Source: Camelus ferus (taxonomy: Eukaryota). From it: DNA of 64,000 nt. Shown here one piece after another: positions 50,357 to 62,705 of this stretch. Position 1 is the stretch's first letter. Every line of letters begins with the position of its first letter. The notes under the pieces were generated by a model, which saw only the letters and a list, made by a program, of their open reading frames with translations, made no database searches and was not told the DNA's origin. Location: contig NC_045696.1 of assembly GCF_009834535.1 (NCBI RefSeq), positions 17,734,001 to 17,798,000 of the forward strand, written 5' to 3'. A program made the translations under genes and the position numbers.

Positions 50357-53079
50357 GCCCACATAACAAATTCAATTTGCTGCACTAAATTATTCGTAGA
50401 AATTGGATCCTGGAGTAAAATGGTAATCCCTAAGGTGCCAATGGAATTCGATGCCAGTATGCAAACTTTCCCTAAGTAGCTGCACCGTGAGTACCAAATA
50501 AAATGTATTTTATAAGGCTGTGGGGTCCTCTTAAATAAATAGATCTGTTAAGCTAATAAAACACTGGCACAATAAACTAATCTGCTTAACAGGTTTCTGA
50601 TGTATTTTGCTAAATGTGCCATCACAAGGCTAGGAGTCTTCTAAAACATAATGATTTGAATCATCATCAGGGATATTTAATTTTTTTTAAATTAAATACA
50701 GACTCTCCAAATGTGACTCTTTGTGGGAATGTTTTTTGTTTTGAGGTAAAAGTTGGACCACAGAGTCTGGCTATTCAAGTCTCATTTAGAGACTGAGAAT
50801 CGGTCATTTCTATACGATACTCATAAACTTGCCAATTTGGATATTTGAGTAAGAAATTTATTTTTTATTAAGTGGAAGGTTTTTATTTCATGGACTTCAA
50901 TCCATTAGTTTCATTTGTTATGATCCAATTATACAGTGCAAACAGTTAATTTTCTACATTGATAGTAGAATTTTTTTTTTCCAAAATCGCGTTAACTGTA
51001 ATGTAATGCATTCTGGCAATTAATGGCTTTTGGGTGACTTCTGGCAAGAGCCTCAGGTGGAAGAGAAAAGCAATTTTGTACATTCTGCTTCTGTGTTCTT
51101 TTGCCAAAACAACTGTGTTTTGAAAGATAATACTTTCAGTAAATGGTAACTTTAGAGTTTCCTTAAAAATGCAACATGCAAATTAGCATCCACATGCTAC
51201 TGTAGAAAAATATTTAAGGACAATACTTAGTTTGCAACAATATCCTGAGCTAATTCATAATCAATTACTTTTGTTACTTGGTTATTATCTATCTGTAAAA
51301 ATGAACTTACAAATACCCCATTATGTCTTTCAAGGATCTGCCAAAGAAGACTCATATTAAATAGCAATAAGTCTTTGGTCTATTTATCTCACTTCATAAT
51401 GAGAGTTGGCTTTGAGATATCTGCTGGACTTAGACTGGTCTACAAAATTCCTGCTGGACGGTACTCTTTCTCACATGCTTTGTTTAGCTGATGTGAGTGG
51501 GTGTTAGCTCATAATTATCCTTGGTTTCTATTTTTGTTAGATCGTAATTATCCTTGGGTTTCTATTTTTATTTTCTCTAATTGCAGGAAGCTGTATTAGA
51601 ATAGCCTTTCTTCTCTTTAATATTTTTTTCCTGTAAACACAATCAAAATTTGCTGAATCTTAGGCATTTCCGGTTACACGTTAGATTAAAAGCATGTGCA
51701 AGTATTTCTTAATAATTATACTTAAATGACAGGAAGAAGAATAACAGAAATTTAGAAATTCAGATCAATGAGTTTAGGAGAAGAGAAAAGGAGACAGAAA
51801 ATGATGTATTTTTTTAATGATAGGAAAGTAATAAGCAAATGATTTGTCCAACAAAAGCATAGAAGTGGCTTTCTGTTATTTTCTTAAAGTTGTCTGAGGA
51901 GCTTGGGTTCTTGAATTAGTAACTCTTAAGAAATGTATAGGAATATCCAACCAAGATAAATGAGAGTTTTACTGAAGTTACGTTCCCAACCTGAGGATTT
52001 TTTGCTTTTTTTTTAAAACTGAAATAACCTGTAGTTAATGAAAAACCCATGGATGTATTTGCACTACAGAATGGGAAAAAATCACCTAAAACTGAACAAA
52101 ACACATGGATACTTGATTAAAATATACATAAACCTTGAAGAGATTCAAGAATTGACAGTTTCCCTGAGCTGAATTGGTCTCTATACCCCCCTCGCTTATT
52201 TCTGATAACCATGTATGCCAACGTTCAGAACAACTCTGGTACGTCAGAATCCACACCCAGGAGTCATGAGACTTCCCTTTTGTTATGCTGCTTTTACTGT
52301 ATTTTCCTAAAAAACTGAATGAATGTGGAAATAAATGCTCATTGTGTCTCTTGAGATTCACTATCAAGCTGAACATAAGACCACTGGACCCAGTGCTTAG
52401 GATGCAATTGGTAACCAGCTCAGCAGAGAAAGATGCCACATATAGACTGGCAGAAAAAGGGGGATAACAATTTACTACAAGACAATGGACAGGCTTAGGA
52501 ACAGTGTAAGAAGACACATGGACGGCAGATAATATGGAGGTGTTGCACAGTGGTGCTAAAATTAGAAAGGTAGTAAGCATTTATAGAGAGAGCAGTTCTA
52601 TCCCCATGTAGCCTCTGTTACCCACCACGATAAGGCAACTGCTTCCTCCTTATGTTTCCTCCTCATACTTAGATTGGAAGCTGCTATTCTGAGAAAATGG
52701 AATCAATAAGGACCTGCTCATTGGGACCTAATGCACCAAAAAAGTAAAAAATGTGACTGAAGACTTAAAATGAGGAATTCAGCTGAAATCTGTCTCCTGA
52801 GCAGGAAAGCTCCCTAGCTCCCTACCTCCACTTGTTCCGGAGCTTATCCACTCACAGTAAACATGCCCTATTCCAATTTTCATAACATATACATGAAAAA
52901 TAGACAAAACTGGTCCCCAGGGTAATATATGCATTGTGCTAGCATTTCATTGACTAATGAAGCACATTTGATACAGATTACTGTGTACCAAAGTCCACTG
53001 GTTGAATTTTTGCCCGTTGCTCTTAGGGCAATCCTAGACTTCCTAGTTTCTCCAGGTATTTGACTAATAATTAAAATAT

Positions 53080-54290
53080 GAAAGGGAAACCGAGGCAACA
53101 TGCAAGTATCTTGAGAAAATTGGAGAAAACTAAATCACACAGTCAAAAATTCCAGTGCAGGAAAAATTTTCAAAATAAGACAAAAGTAATAATGAATTAA
53201 TATCTTCCACTAAAAAAAGAAAGTTATTTCACCCACAAAACCAATACAGGAGCTCAAAACCATACCAGAAAAAATAGACAGTAATAGCTTTGACATTAGA
53301 AATGAGATAAGAAAAAAATCCAAATGAAATTGCTGAAGTCTACCAGAAATAAGAACAAAAATATAAAAAGATAAAAGAAATAAAAAGCTAAAATACTAAA
53401 TGATTAATCCAGGGGATTCATTATTAGACTGTTCAGAGATCTGGGAAGAAAACAAACAAACAAACAAAGTAAGGTAGAGAAAAATTCTCAAATAGAACAG
53501 GAAAATTTGCCTTAATTGAAGGACATGGTCTCCAGATTGCAATGGCTGAACAGGCAACCAATTTAATCTCAACCCCCTCATCCCCTTGCCAAATATCCCT
53601 GAACACTCATACACCACAATGTGTGTCTGTGAAATTATTAAATACTAGAAATAAGGAGGAAATCCTGATTCCTTTGAGAAAAGATTTTAAAAGAATGAAA
53701 CAACACAGACAATGAAAAGATCACACAAAATAATCAGGAGAAAGACATGCCTGTACCTTCCAAAGGGTAACATCAAGAACTTAAATACAATAGAGCAATG
53801 TACTGTAATCCTGAGGGGGACGGATTTCCAGCCTAAAGTCTAATAAAGCCACACTTTTAATCCAAGATAAAGGAGATTAAAGGTATTTTGAGATACATGA
53901 GGAGTAAAAAGCTAACCTTTCCTGCACTTAGGAAACTGCCAGAAAATATGTTTCATCAAAAAGGAGGAGCAAAGAAGGAGGGAGGATGTAAAAGGAGATG
54001 GAGAATTCAGAATAGGAGAGTGAAAGAAGGCTTTACATCAGGCCAGGAGAGCAGACACTCCAGATGGGGCCAAGGGGGGCACCGGCAGGACTTTCCATGA
54101 TTAGGGATTGGAAGTGATAAATTACCCATGGAACAGAACATGGAGAAAACAGTATGGGGAAGTGTTTAAGACCTCTATGTATGGTACTTATAGAAACCTA
54201 AGCAACTGAAAATAAAGTAGCAATTATTAATTTTAAAAATAAGATATAGAAGAGAACATTCATAAGCACATTACTTGTACATATTTGCAA
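53080..54290 (+). mobile_element. HAL1 (half-L1) / old L1 ORF1 fragment
   Basis: A-rich ORF1-like sequence: GGACATGGTCTCCAGATTG, GATTTCCAGCCTA, GGTATTTTGAGATACATG. Confidence 0.65.
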
Positions 54291-54304
54291 GTTTATTCTA
54301 AGGT

Positions 54305-55153
54305 CTGTTTTGCACAGAAGCCTAGAAATACACTTTATAGAATCTTCTTACCCAATTAAGATACAGTAGAGGCTTTAATATCAGGACACAATTGAAGTCT
54401 ACCAACTTTCAAGTGAGGTGCTAGTGAATTACCAGTCCTCCTTCTGCAGACCGGAGTAGTCACGTGACCGAGCAATGGCTTGCGTCCAACAGCTTGTGGG
54501 ACCAGCTTTTGAGATAAGAAAGAGCTTTATTGCAAGGTCGACAGGCAAGGAGACAGGAGGCAAAATCCAGTATGTCTCCGTGATCCGGAGTTCAGGGTGA
54601 AATTTAAGGGATTAGGGGAACTTCAAACTTGGAAGCTGACTGGCTAGTCTCAAACCAGTTGGTATAAAGTAATCAAGCTACTCATGCTGCTAGAAAGCTA
54701 CATTTTCCTTCTTGAAGGACTTTTGGCTTTGTCAAGGGCTCCGTGGCAACATTTCTATTCTTCGAGTTCCGTAGATTGAAGATTCTTGGTTCCGGGGTCA
54801 TCCTGGAGACATGGGTCCCTGTCCTGCACATGAGCTGGGCTGTCTCTGTAAAATAACTCCAAGTCTGATTCATCAGCAGTCTATTTTAAAGGAGCAAAAC
54901 TAGTTTAAGCTGGTCAGTGTTTTACATGCTGTTTCAATCTGATGACAGCTTTCCAGAGGTACTTGAGATTCCCGGCGGCCTTACAAAGAGCCCTTGAAAA
55001 CGACTTACTTCCCTGTTGTGGAACAAAGTATTTTGGGTCCACTTTCCAAACTGTTGATCTCCAGGCTAATAATTATGTAAGCCTCTGATTCCTTGTATCA
55101 AATCATTCATATGGAATATATATATTGATTCTGTTTTCTGCACCAAACACGAG
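54305..55153 (+). mobile_element. Old ERVL LTR (LTR16/LTR33-like) split by a younger LTR
   Basis: 3' end TGATTCTGTTTTCTGCACCAAAC. The flanks of 54465-54924 appear to be continuous. Confidence 0.4.
54465..54924 (-). mobile_element. Young CpG-rich ERV1-class solo LTR
   Basis: Begins TGACCGAGC and has a minus-strand AATAAA at ~54526. 4-bp TSD CACG (54461-54464) / CATG (54925-54928), which differ only by CpG deamination. Confidence 0.75.

Positions 55154-55189
<36 letters not shown>
55154..55189. repeat. Compound (TA)n(CA)n microsatellite
   Basis: Read directly from the sequence. Confidence 0.95.
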
Positions 55190-55190
<1 letters not shown>

Positions 55191-56769
55191 CACATACATA
55201 TATATGTATGTGAGACTGACAAAAATTTGAGAAGAAATTAGCAGAAGAATTATATCTGGGGAAGAAAGGATCTTTCCTTCTGAAAGATCACTATTGTTTA
55301 ATTACTATTAAAGGGTTATTTGACTCCTTAAGCTGTATGAATGCATCATTATCACCACTATTGACTTTAAAAGGATGGCTGAGCTTTGACGTGGATAAGA
55401 CTTTGGGGCTAGGGGCTAAGGGGTTACAGCTGCAGAGAGAGTCGTATCAGGGAGCCAAGTCCATTATTTCAGGATCATACAACATCCTCCTCCAGAAATG
55501 AGCTGTGCATAATGTTAACAATTTTCACGGAAAGACTGGCATGACTTTCATTCGTAGAGTGTACTCCAGCTGGCCTATGAAGGTCAAGTCCAATTATTTG
55601 TCTAAACAAAAGATTATTGTTTGTGTAATTTCTATTACTTTTGATAGCACAATGTCCTTACTACATGGTTTGTTTAGAAAGAAATCTTTCTTTTCATAAA
55701 AGCACACCGATAATTTTTCCCCTCAAGATGGTAGACATTAGCAGACTTTGTTTTTCACTGAAATTGATGGGAAAATTCTACTCCAGCTTCTAGTGAATTA
55801 AAAAAAAAAAAAAAAGCCTAAGCAACTTATGACTGAAGCCTCAGCTGTACAAATAGGGAGAGACAAGCCCTTAGAACTCGTGGGGTTATTTGCATGCAGC
55901 TTCTGTTGTAATTCTCAGCAGTACATTTGACTCTTTGCACTCTCCGACGGTAGTAAGTTTTATTCCTGCTGACAGCAAAAGTAATTGCTTTGAACATTAT
56001 AACAGGGATTGCTGAAAAAGTTTAACAAGGTTTTCCTACCCCACTACTGTAGTCTCTGTCTTTCTTTTTACATAAATAAAAAGGAAAAGGCAGAAACAAC
56101 CCTGGTAGTCGAAAAATGACATATTGGTATGAGCAGTATTGTTCCTTTATATGAGGATAAATTCCACCATTATTTCCTCTTCTCTTGCATTAGAGAAATT
56201 TTAACCTTTTTATTTAAAAGAATATATAGATCACTTTTTGCTCAGTAATTCCTGCCACTTTGAATGTCTGTTCTGGAGTAATAAAATTATGTAAAAATCA
56301 ACTACAAAAATTAAAAAACAACAACAACAGTGATTGTAATAGTGACAGCTTCAGTTTCCGTCTGAAATTTTTCTAGTGTAAAAGGAATTCCAGTAGGTGC
56401 ATCCTTCCTTTCTTTGCACCTCTGATACTTGCCCTCCCCTTGTAGCATCAGCCACATTCTGGTCTCTACACTCAGTCTTGATTTGACTGAGATGAATTTT
56501 GTGAGTCCACAGGACCTACCCCGAGAAATAGTGGTTAGCCATCTCATCTGCATCTGTGATTTTTGGACTTTCTGCGCTATTAGCAGGAACTTCCTTCACC
56601 AGTTCCTGCTGGAGAACACCTACACTTCCAGATTCGGGTCACGTCAGATTCTCTAGCAAGTAGTCCTTGATCTTTCTTCTGATGGAGTTAATTGTCCTTC
56701 TCTGATCTCCTATCTTCAATCCTTGCTTGTGCTATGGATTGTATACACTTGTGCTATGGAGTTTATATC

Positions 56770-56912
56770 ATAGCAGTTTATTTCCCTGAATAGAAATATG
56801 TGAAATATCTAAAGACAAGGACCATTGTATTCGTCTTTGTATCTCCAATACCTAGGAAAGTGTTCGTACACTGTAGAAGCTTAAGAATGTCTGTTGAAAA
56901 TATGAATGCACA
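56770..56912 (+). mobile_element. L2 3' end
   Basis: CTTTGTATCTCCAATACCTAG...AATGTCTGTTGAAAATATGAATG. Confidence 0.75.
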
Positions 56913-58435
56913 GTTGATGAAATTCTCTGCAGATTCAATAAAGGGAGATGGAGAGTGAAGAATGCCCTGCAGAGTTTAAAGGCATTCTTTACCTTGTCTT
57001 TCCCTAGTCATGTGACTTTTTTTTAAGAAAGGCATGAGAAGGTCTGAAAGAAATGCATCAGAGATCACTGGGCTAGATTCCTTCTCCTTCAGGGCAATTT
57101 GAGTCTAAAATCTTCTAAGAAACTTTTCTACACACTGAATTTCAGCTCCCAGGTAAAGTTTTTCCTTCTTTGTGATTTCTCAGTAGTAAAAAGTTAATAA
57201 TTACACTTGAGGGGTGGTTTATTAAATAAGAGAAACCAAGAAAAATGTTTCTCAGTATAAATTGTGTTGCCTCAAAGAGTCAAAAAAAGTAACCTCTATT
57301 CTTTGGTTGTATAAACCCATTATTCTTAACGGTTGCAGCGATGTCTTCTTTCACACTGACTTTTATTTATATCTTAACTCATTGATTTGTTATTTTTGGA
57401 GAAATACATTACCAAAGAATCTCTCATTTAATTCATGACAAAAACAATCCATTGTAAGTAGCCAAAATAACCAGGGTCCCATTTCAAATAGCTATTTTTG
57501 TAATAGAAATGATAAAATTGGATAGACTATAAATATCTTATAAAGCGGTCTTGCATACTCAACCCAAAATCAATATAGGGGAAAGGAAGAAGAAGTCTGG
57601 GTCTGTTGTTTAGAGTTGTGGATTAAGAGCCCACGTGCCAGCATTCTCAAGCAACTGAAGTCTGCTTTTTGTGACTTCATTTTCTCATGCACAGAACGGG
57701 ACCATGAAATCTCTCTGCTCTTCCTCTTTTATGGAACAATCCAATAAGATAAATGACAGCTAATCAAGAATAGCCATGCCATTATTATCTATCAAGGCAT
57801 TTTACCTATTCTTTTGTTGGATTCCCTGATTAAATGATAAGAAGAACGATTTAGGTCCTATTACCCAAGAAGCAATTAACTCAGTCTGTCTACAGAATCT
57901 CCCCATTGCAAAGTTCTATATGACTGTCCCCATATAAGTTCGAGAAGGATGTACACTCCTGGGCTCAAGGCAGAAGATGGTTTACAATAGACTATGCACA
58001 AAGAGGAGGCAGAGGTTGGCACACTAGTTAGTATTTCTCCTTGATTAAACAGAAATATTTTGATCACATAGACATCAGCTCATTTGTGTTATTAGTTATG
58101 ACCCAGTTATAGAATTGAAAATAGTTACTTCTTGTCTCAGACAACCTTGTTCCACCATGTGTTAGCCATGTGGCTTTAAGTGTGTTTCTTTGCTTCTCTG
58201 TCTGGGATCATCTCATGCTTTTCCCAGAATTCTCTCTCCTTGTCCATTTCTGTACTCCCCTTGACTTCTATCCAGTATATTATCCATTATGGAGGAGAGC
58301 TTGGGTGTCATTTCCTTTTTGAAGACTAATGTCAACAATTTCTTACAGCTCTCTATCCTCATTTTCCTGATGAGATTGGGCAAAAATCATCTCCTTGGCA
58401 TTTGTATACTGTTACCCATCAATGCACTGACTACA

Positions 58436-58753
58436 TGGTATTTGTTAGTGATTGTTCCTATATCTTCAAAATTTATATGTTGATGGTAGTAGGAGGTGGA
58501 GCCTCTGGGAGGGAATTAGGTCATAGGGTGGAACCCCCATGAGTGAGATTAGTGCCCTTATAAAGGAGACCTAGGAGAGCTCTCTTGCACTTCGTCTGCT
58601 ATGTGAGGACACAGCAAGAAGAGTGTTCATGAAGCAGGGTCCCCGCCAGATGCTGAGTCTGCCAGTGTCTTGATCTTGGATCTCCAGACCTGTGAGAAAA
58701 AAAGCTTGTTGCCTAAATCACCCAGTGTAACTAGACATTATTGAACTAAGACG
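58436..58753 (+). mobile_element. MLT1A-type (MaLR) solo LTR within L2 fragments
   Basis: GATTAGTGCCCTTATAAAGGAGACC...TGTGAGGACACAGCAAGAAG...CTTGATCTTGGA...GAACTAAGAC. Confidence 0.88.
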
Positions 58754-60504
58754 TTATTGAAATTATATTCACACATAATCTCCTCCCATCAGTAGACTCT
58801 ATATGTTCCATGGGCTAAAGAAAATCATCTATTATTAAGTTTGTTCTTGTGGAGAGTAAATGCATAACACACGTCAAACAACTAGAACAAGTCTAGTTGA
58901 TAATAAGTAGCACTGAAAGTTAGTATAACTGACTTTAACTTGTTTATTCACCTTTCTACAACAGCGCCTCAGAGCTGATCAGCATTAAATATATATCTGT
59001 TGAATTGGACAGAATATATAATGTCCCTTTGATGAGAATTTTAAATGTGTGCTATAGATCCTGGACTGAAATCCTACTCTAGATAGATACTTTCTGAGTC
59101 TCTCCAGAGGCTCTCACTTCTTATATTTCTATGTGAAGCTCTCACCCATTCTGTGAAATTTCCTCAAATCTTTCAAGCTGAAAGAATAATCTGTCCTCTT
59201 TGACAGTATGCCAATACCTCCCCTATAGCTCTCAATGGGCATTTATCATGCTATGTTGTAATCATTTGAGGTCATGAGGGTATCCGAACACCAAGATGTG
59301 ATCTTCAAGGGTAGAAACCGGTTCATTATTTTTGTATCCAAAGTAGCTCCCAAAGTTACTGACTTTGTAATTTTGTTTGATAAATGTTGTTAAAATAATG
59401 TTAGGAACATTATATCAGAAAAGTGTAATCACATTTTCAACATTAAAAGGAGACCCATGTAGTATCTTTTAAAATTTGAAGTTCTGCCACGCCAAGTGGT
59501 ATTGGGGGAACGTCATCTAGGATTTACCGGTCACCAAGTGAGTTTTGTCAACTTACCAACACTTGAAGAAAGGAAACTGAGCCTTTGAAATTTTTTGCAT
59601 TTTTACAATCTGCATAATTCACAAGTATCTTCATTGATAGATTGTCTCTGTTCTTTGACTTCACAGTATTAAAGTCAAATCACACTAGTTAATTTGGAAC
59701 TGAGGTCAAATTTTTTTTAAAAAGTCTGTTCAATGCTCTACTGAATAAATTTTCTAATATTAAAGAAACAGTTCTGTTAGAAAGAACTTTGTACATGAAA
59801 GAAATGAAAATATTACATTTATAATCAGGTTAATTTTTAAAAAGTAAATATGCTAGTCCAGTGCGTAAACTCTTAAATTCCTTCCTATTGTTCTTCCATT
59901 ACTTAATCTCAAGTTCTACTTTATTTCCAAACTGTAGGTATCTTTCATTGAACTCTGATATTTCACAGACCTTCGTCTTGTGCCCAACTGTTCTTCCATC
60001 AGCGCAATCTAGTTGAGTTTCTCTATTATACATCAATAAAGATTACTAACTTGTTCTCCTAAAGAGTGCATGTTCTGAATCAGCATACAAAGGCCTATTA
60101 AGCACCCACCAATAACGAATTGACGAAAGATATATTCCAATTCTATAAATGAATCCTAGAGCTCACACCCACTGAATATTCCAAATATGACCTGAAAAAA
60201 AAAAAAGTGCATAAAAGGGCTTAGGTTCTTTTCTTGCAGAATTATTATATTTTTTATTAAAAATGGCTAAGGGATTCTGTTAAATTAGAAAAGTGCCACT
60301 CTGTTGGCTTTCATTTCTCATAATTAAATCTTTAAGTTCTATTTTAGTTCTTATTCTTTTCTCATGTCTGATATTGCTAAGACTTATCTTGTGATACTTA
60401 TACTTGCATAATTGTATGTTATGGGACCAAAGTTCAGGAACTATTTATGGCTATAAGATAGCTCAAGGCTATTAAAACTGTTTGAATCTTAACTCTGTCT
60501 TTTA

Positions 60505-60665
60505 CTATATTCACTATCCCCTTAACCTTATGCTTGTCATCAGTTGAGTAACATGCCCTTTATATCTTCCTTGTGATTACTGATGAACACATTGAACTGG
60601 ACAGGTCCAAGGAGAGACCCTTGTGTCCTTGCACGCAAGACCTCCAGCTAGCTGGCATCTTGCTC
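60505..60665 (-). mobile_element. L3/CR1 LINE reverse-transcriptase fragment
   Basis: Minus strand translates QGSLLGPVQFNVFISNHKEDIKGMLL (cf. CR1 RT [26 protein letters not shown]). Further L3-like pieces lie at ~59845-59975. Confidence 0.8.
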
Positions 60666-60869
60666 TGTGACAGAATAATAAATTAGACATTTCAATCCAG
60701 TGTGTCAGACCTGCTTTCATCCAGGCACCGGTCAGAGAAAGGAGGGAAGTTGCATGGTCTGGAAAGATGGCTCAGGATCCTCAGATGCCTGAGAGCGTTT
60801 CTAGATAGAGTCAGTGCCTTTGACGGGACTACACATGAGACAGTAATCTACGTATATTCTCAAAATTCT

Positions 60870-61190
60870 GAGGCTAGCCTGACTGATGGTTTTGACCCAT
60901 CCTCCACATCTCCTCTCAGAAATAAATTTTCCTGGGAGTCTTTCCTACCCTAAGTCCATACTCAAAAGATTTGGTTAAGTGCCCCACCTATGCACTCCCA
61001 TAAGACACTCTCCTTCTAATATAAGAGGTCTTATACTTCATTTGAATACCATGTTTTTAAATGTCTACATTTCCTGCCTGCATCAATATGATGAGATCTC
61101 TGAGAAAGAGGGATTTATTTATCTTATCCATCAGTTGTATTTCCAGTTGTCACAACTGGGCCTGTATGTATTCAAGACATTTTAAATGGT
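60870..61190 (+). mobile_element. L2 3' fragment
   Basis: TCCTGGGAGTCTTTCCTACCC...ATGAGATCTCTGAG...TTGTATTTCCAG. Confidence 0.55.
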
Positions 61191-61959
61191 ACCACAGATT
61201 CATTCATCAATAAGAAAAGTGTGACGTCTTTACTCTTTATGACTGATCTCATGTCCTTCAAGAGCTACTGTTCCACTAGTTGGCAGCCAGATGCAAGCGT
61301 GGATTTGAAGAGTTTCTCAATCATTTCTGAAGGGTAAGTCCTCAATCTGTTTAGTATCCAGTGCCCGATCAGGAGTGGTTTGAATACGGCTTTTCAAATG
61401 ACTCCATGTCTTTATTTCATACCCATCACATTTACCATCTCCTTCCTCAATGGTGGCCAAGTGTATAAAGAGTTTCAGTCCTCATAAACCCTTGAGAAAA
61501 GCTGGTCTTCCAGACGATAATGGTGACCTTGGGTTCCCATCCTTCTCAGAAGAGTGATTGATCTGACCCATTTCCTGTGCTGGTGGACATGTATAGAGTT
61601 TGTCCTAAATGATCTTGAGAATTGATATGTTTGCTCCCACAGTGGAAGTCCACAGTCTCAGCTGTTTGCATCTAGTTTAAAGGCCTTGGTAATGATGTCC
61701 CCTTTGTCATGTTCCCAGGCTTCTGACATTGTACCAGTCTTCTTAGAGACCTCAGAGTACCTTCACTGGAATACTCAGGTATGTCTAAGTTTTCTGAAAT
61801 CCCCAGGGAACGCAGGTCACTCTTCCTTTCTGCCTCCAATAGCTGCTGCTCTATCATTCTAGTGTGCCTTGTATACACATCAAAGTCTGGTGGCTTTTTC
61901 CTTTGAATCCCCACGAAGCATGACTCCAGTTGTGCCCTCCCTACTTTTCTTTGACTCAG

Positions 61960-62705
61960 CTTCCTCCACACACACTTACCTGGACATTTCAAATGACTCA
62001 TCTCTTGAAACTTAACACCAAGTACAGCTGTGAGAGGAGAACCCATGATGATGTTTCTTCTTATTTCTACCCCAAATCATTCTTCTTTCTTTCTCTATCC
62101 TGGGTATGTAGTAGTATTATTCCCTAGTTTCTTGAGCTTGCTGTTGACATTACTTAAGTAAATCTCCCTCCCTTTCTCCCTCCATAAAACTTGACTTTCA
62201 ATACCACCATCTTGCTGAAAAAGTCAGGACTGTCTTCTTTGAGGCTCCAAGCTGACCTATGACATATTTTGAGTCAGACCATCCTTCTCCTCTCATCTGG
62301 AGGAAAACAAATCTCAAGCCTCAACCTTAGAAATAGGACATTGGGAAGAAGTGCAATTAAATACTGAACTGCACTGGACAATAACTTGCATTATAAATAA
62401 AGGGATACATAAATAATGTATTTTGAAATCCATGTTACCTCCTCCGGGAAGGCCTCTATGCATTCTAAAGAAGGGGTACTTCCTCGTGTGCTTCAACATT
62501 GTCCTGGCACATACCTCTACTGTAGAGCATATTCTTTGATGTATTGGCTTCCAGATCCATTTCCCCCACTAAATTGTAAAATACTGGGTGATAGGAAACT
62601 CATTTAATTCATTTTTGAATACAGGGGAGATAAGAAGCACAGTGCTTGACATATAGTGATGGCTGACAAATATTTTACAATGTGTGCATGAATTTGAATG
62701 ACTAA
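61960..62705 (+). mobile_element. L2 fragments including a 3' end
   Basis: ACCTGGACATTTCAAATGACTCATCTC; GTTACCTCCTCCGGGAAGGCCT; AGCACAGTGCTTGACATATAGT...TGAATG. Confidence 0.7.

Noticed and set aside
52086..52580. 164-aa minus-strand ORF, the longest in the track
   Set aside because: No recognisable protein features; it lies in degraded repeat-like sequence just upstream of the HAL1 fragment.
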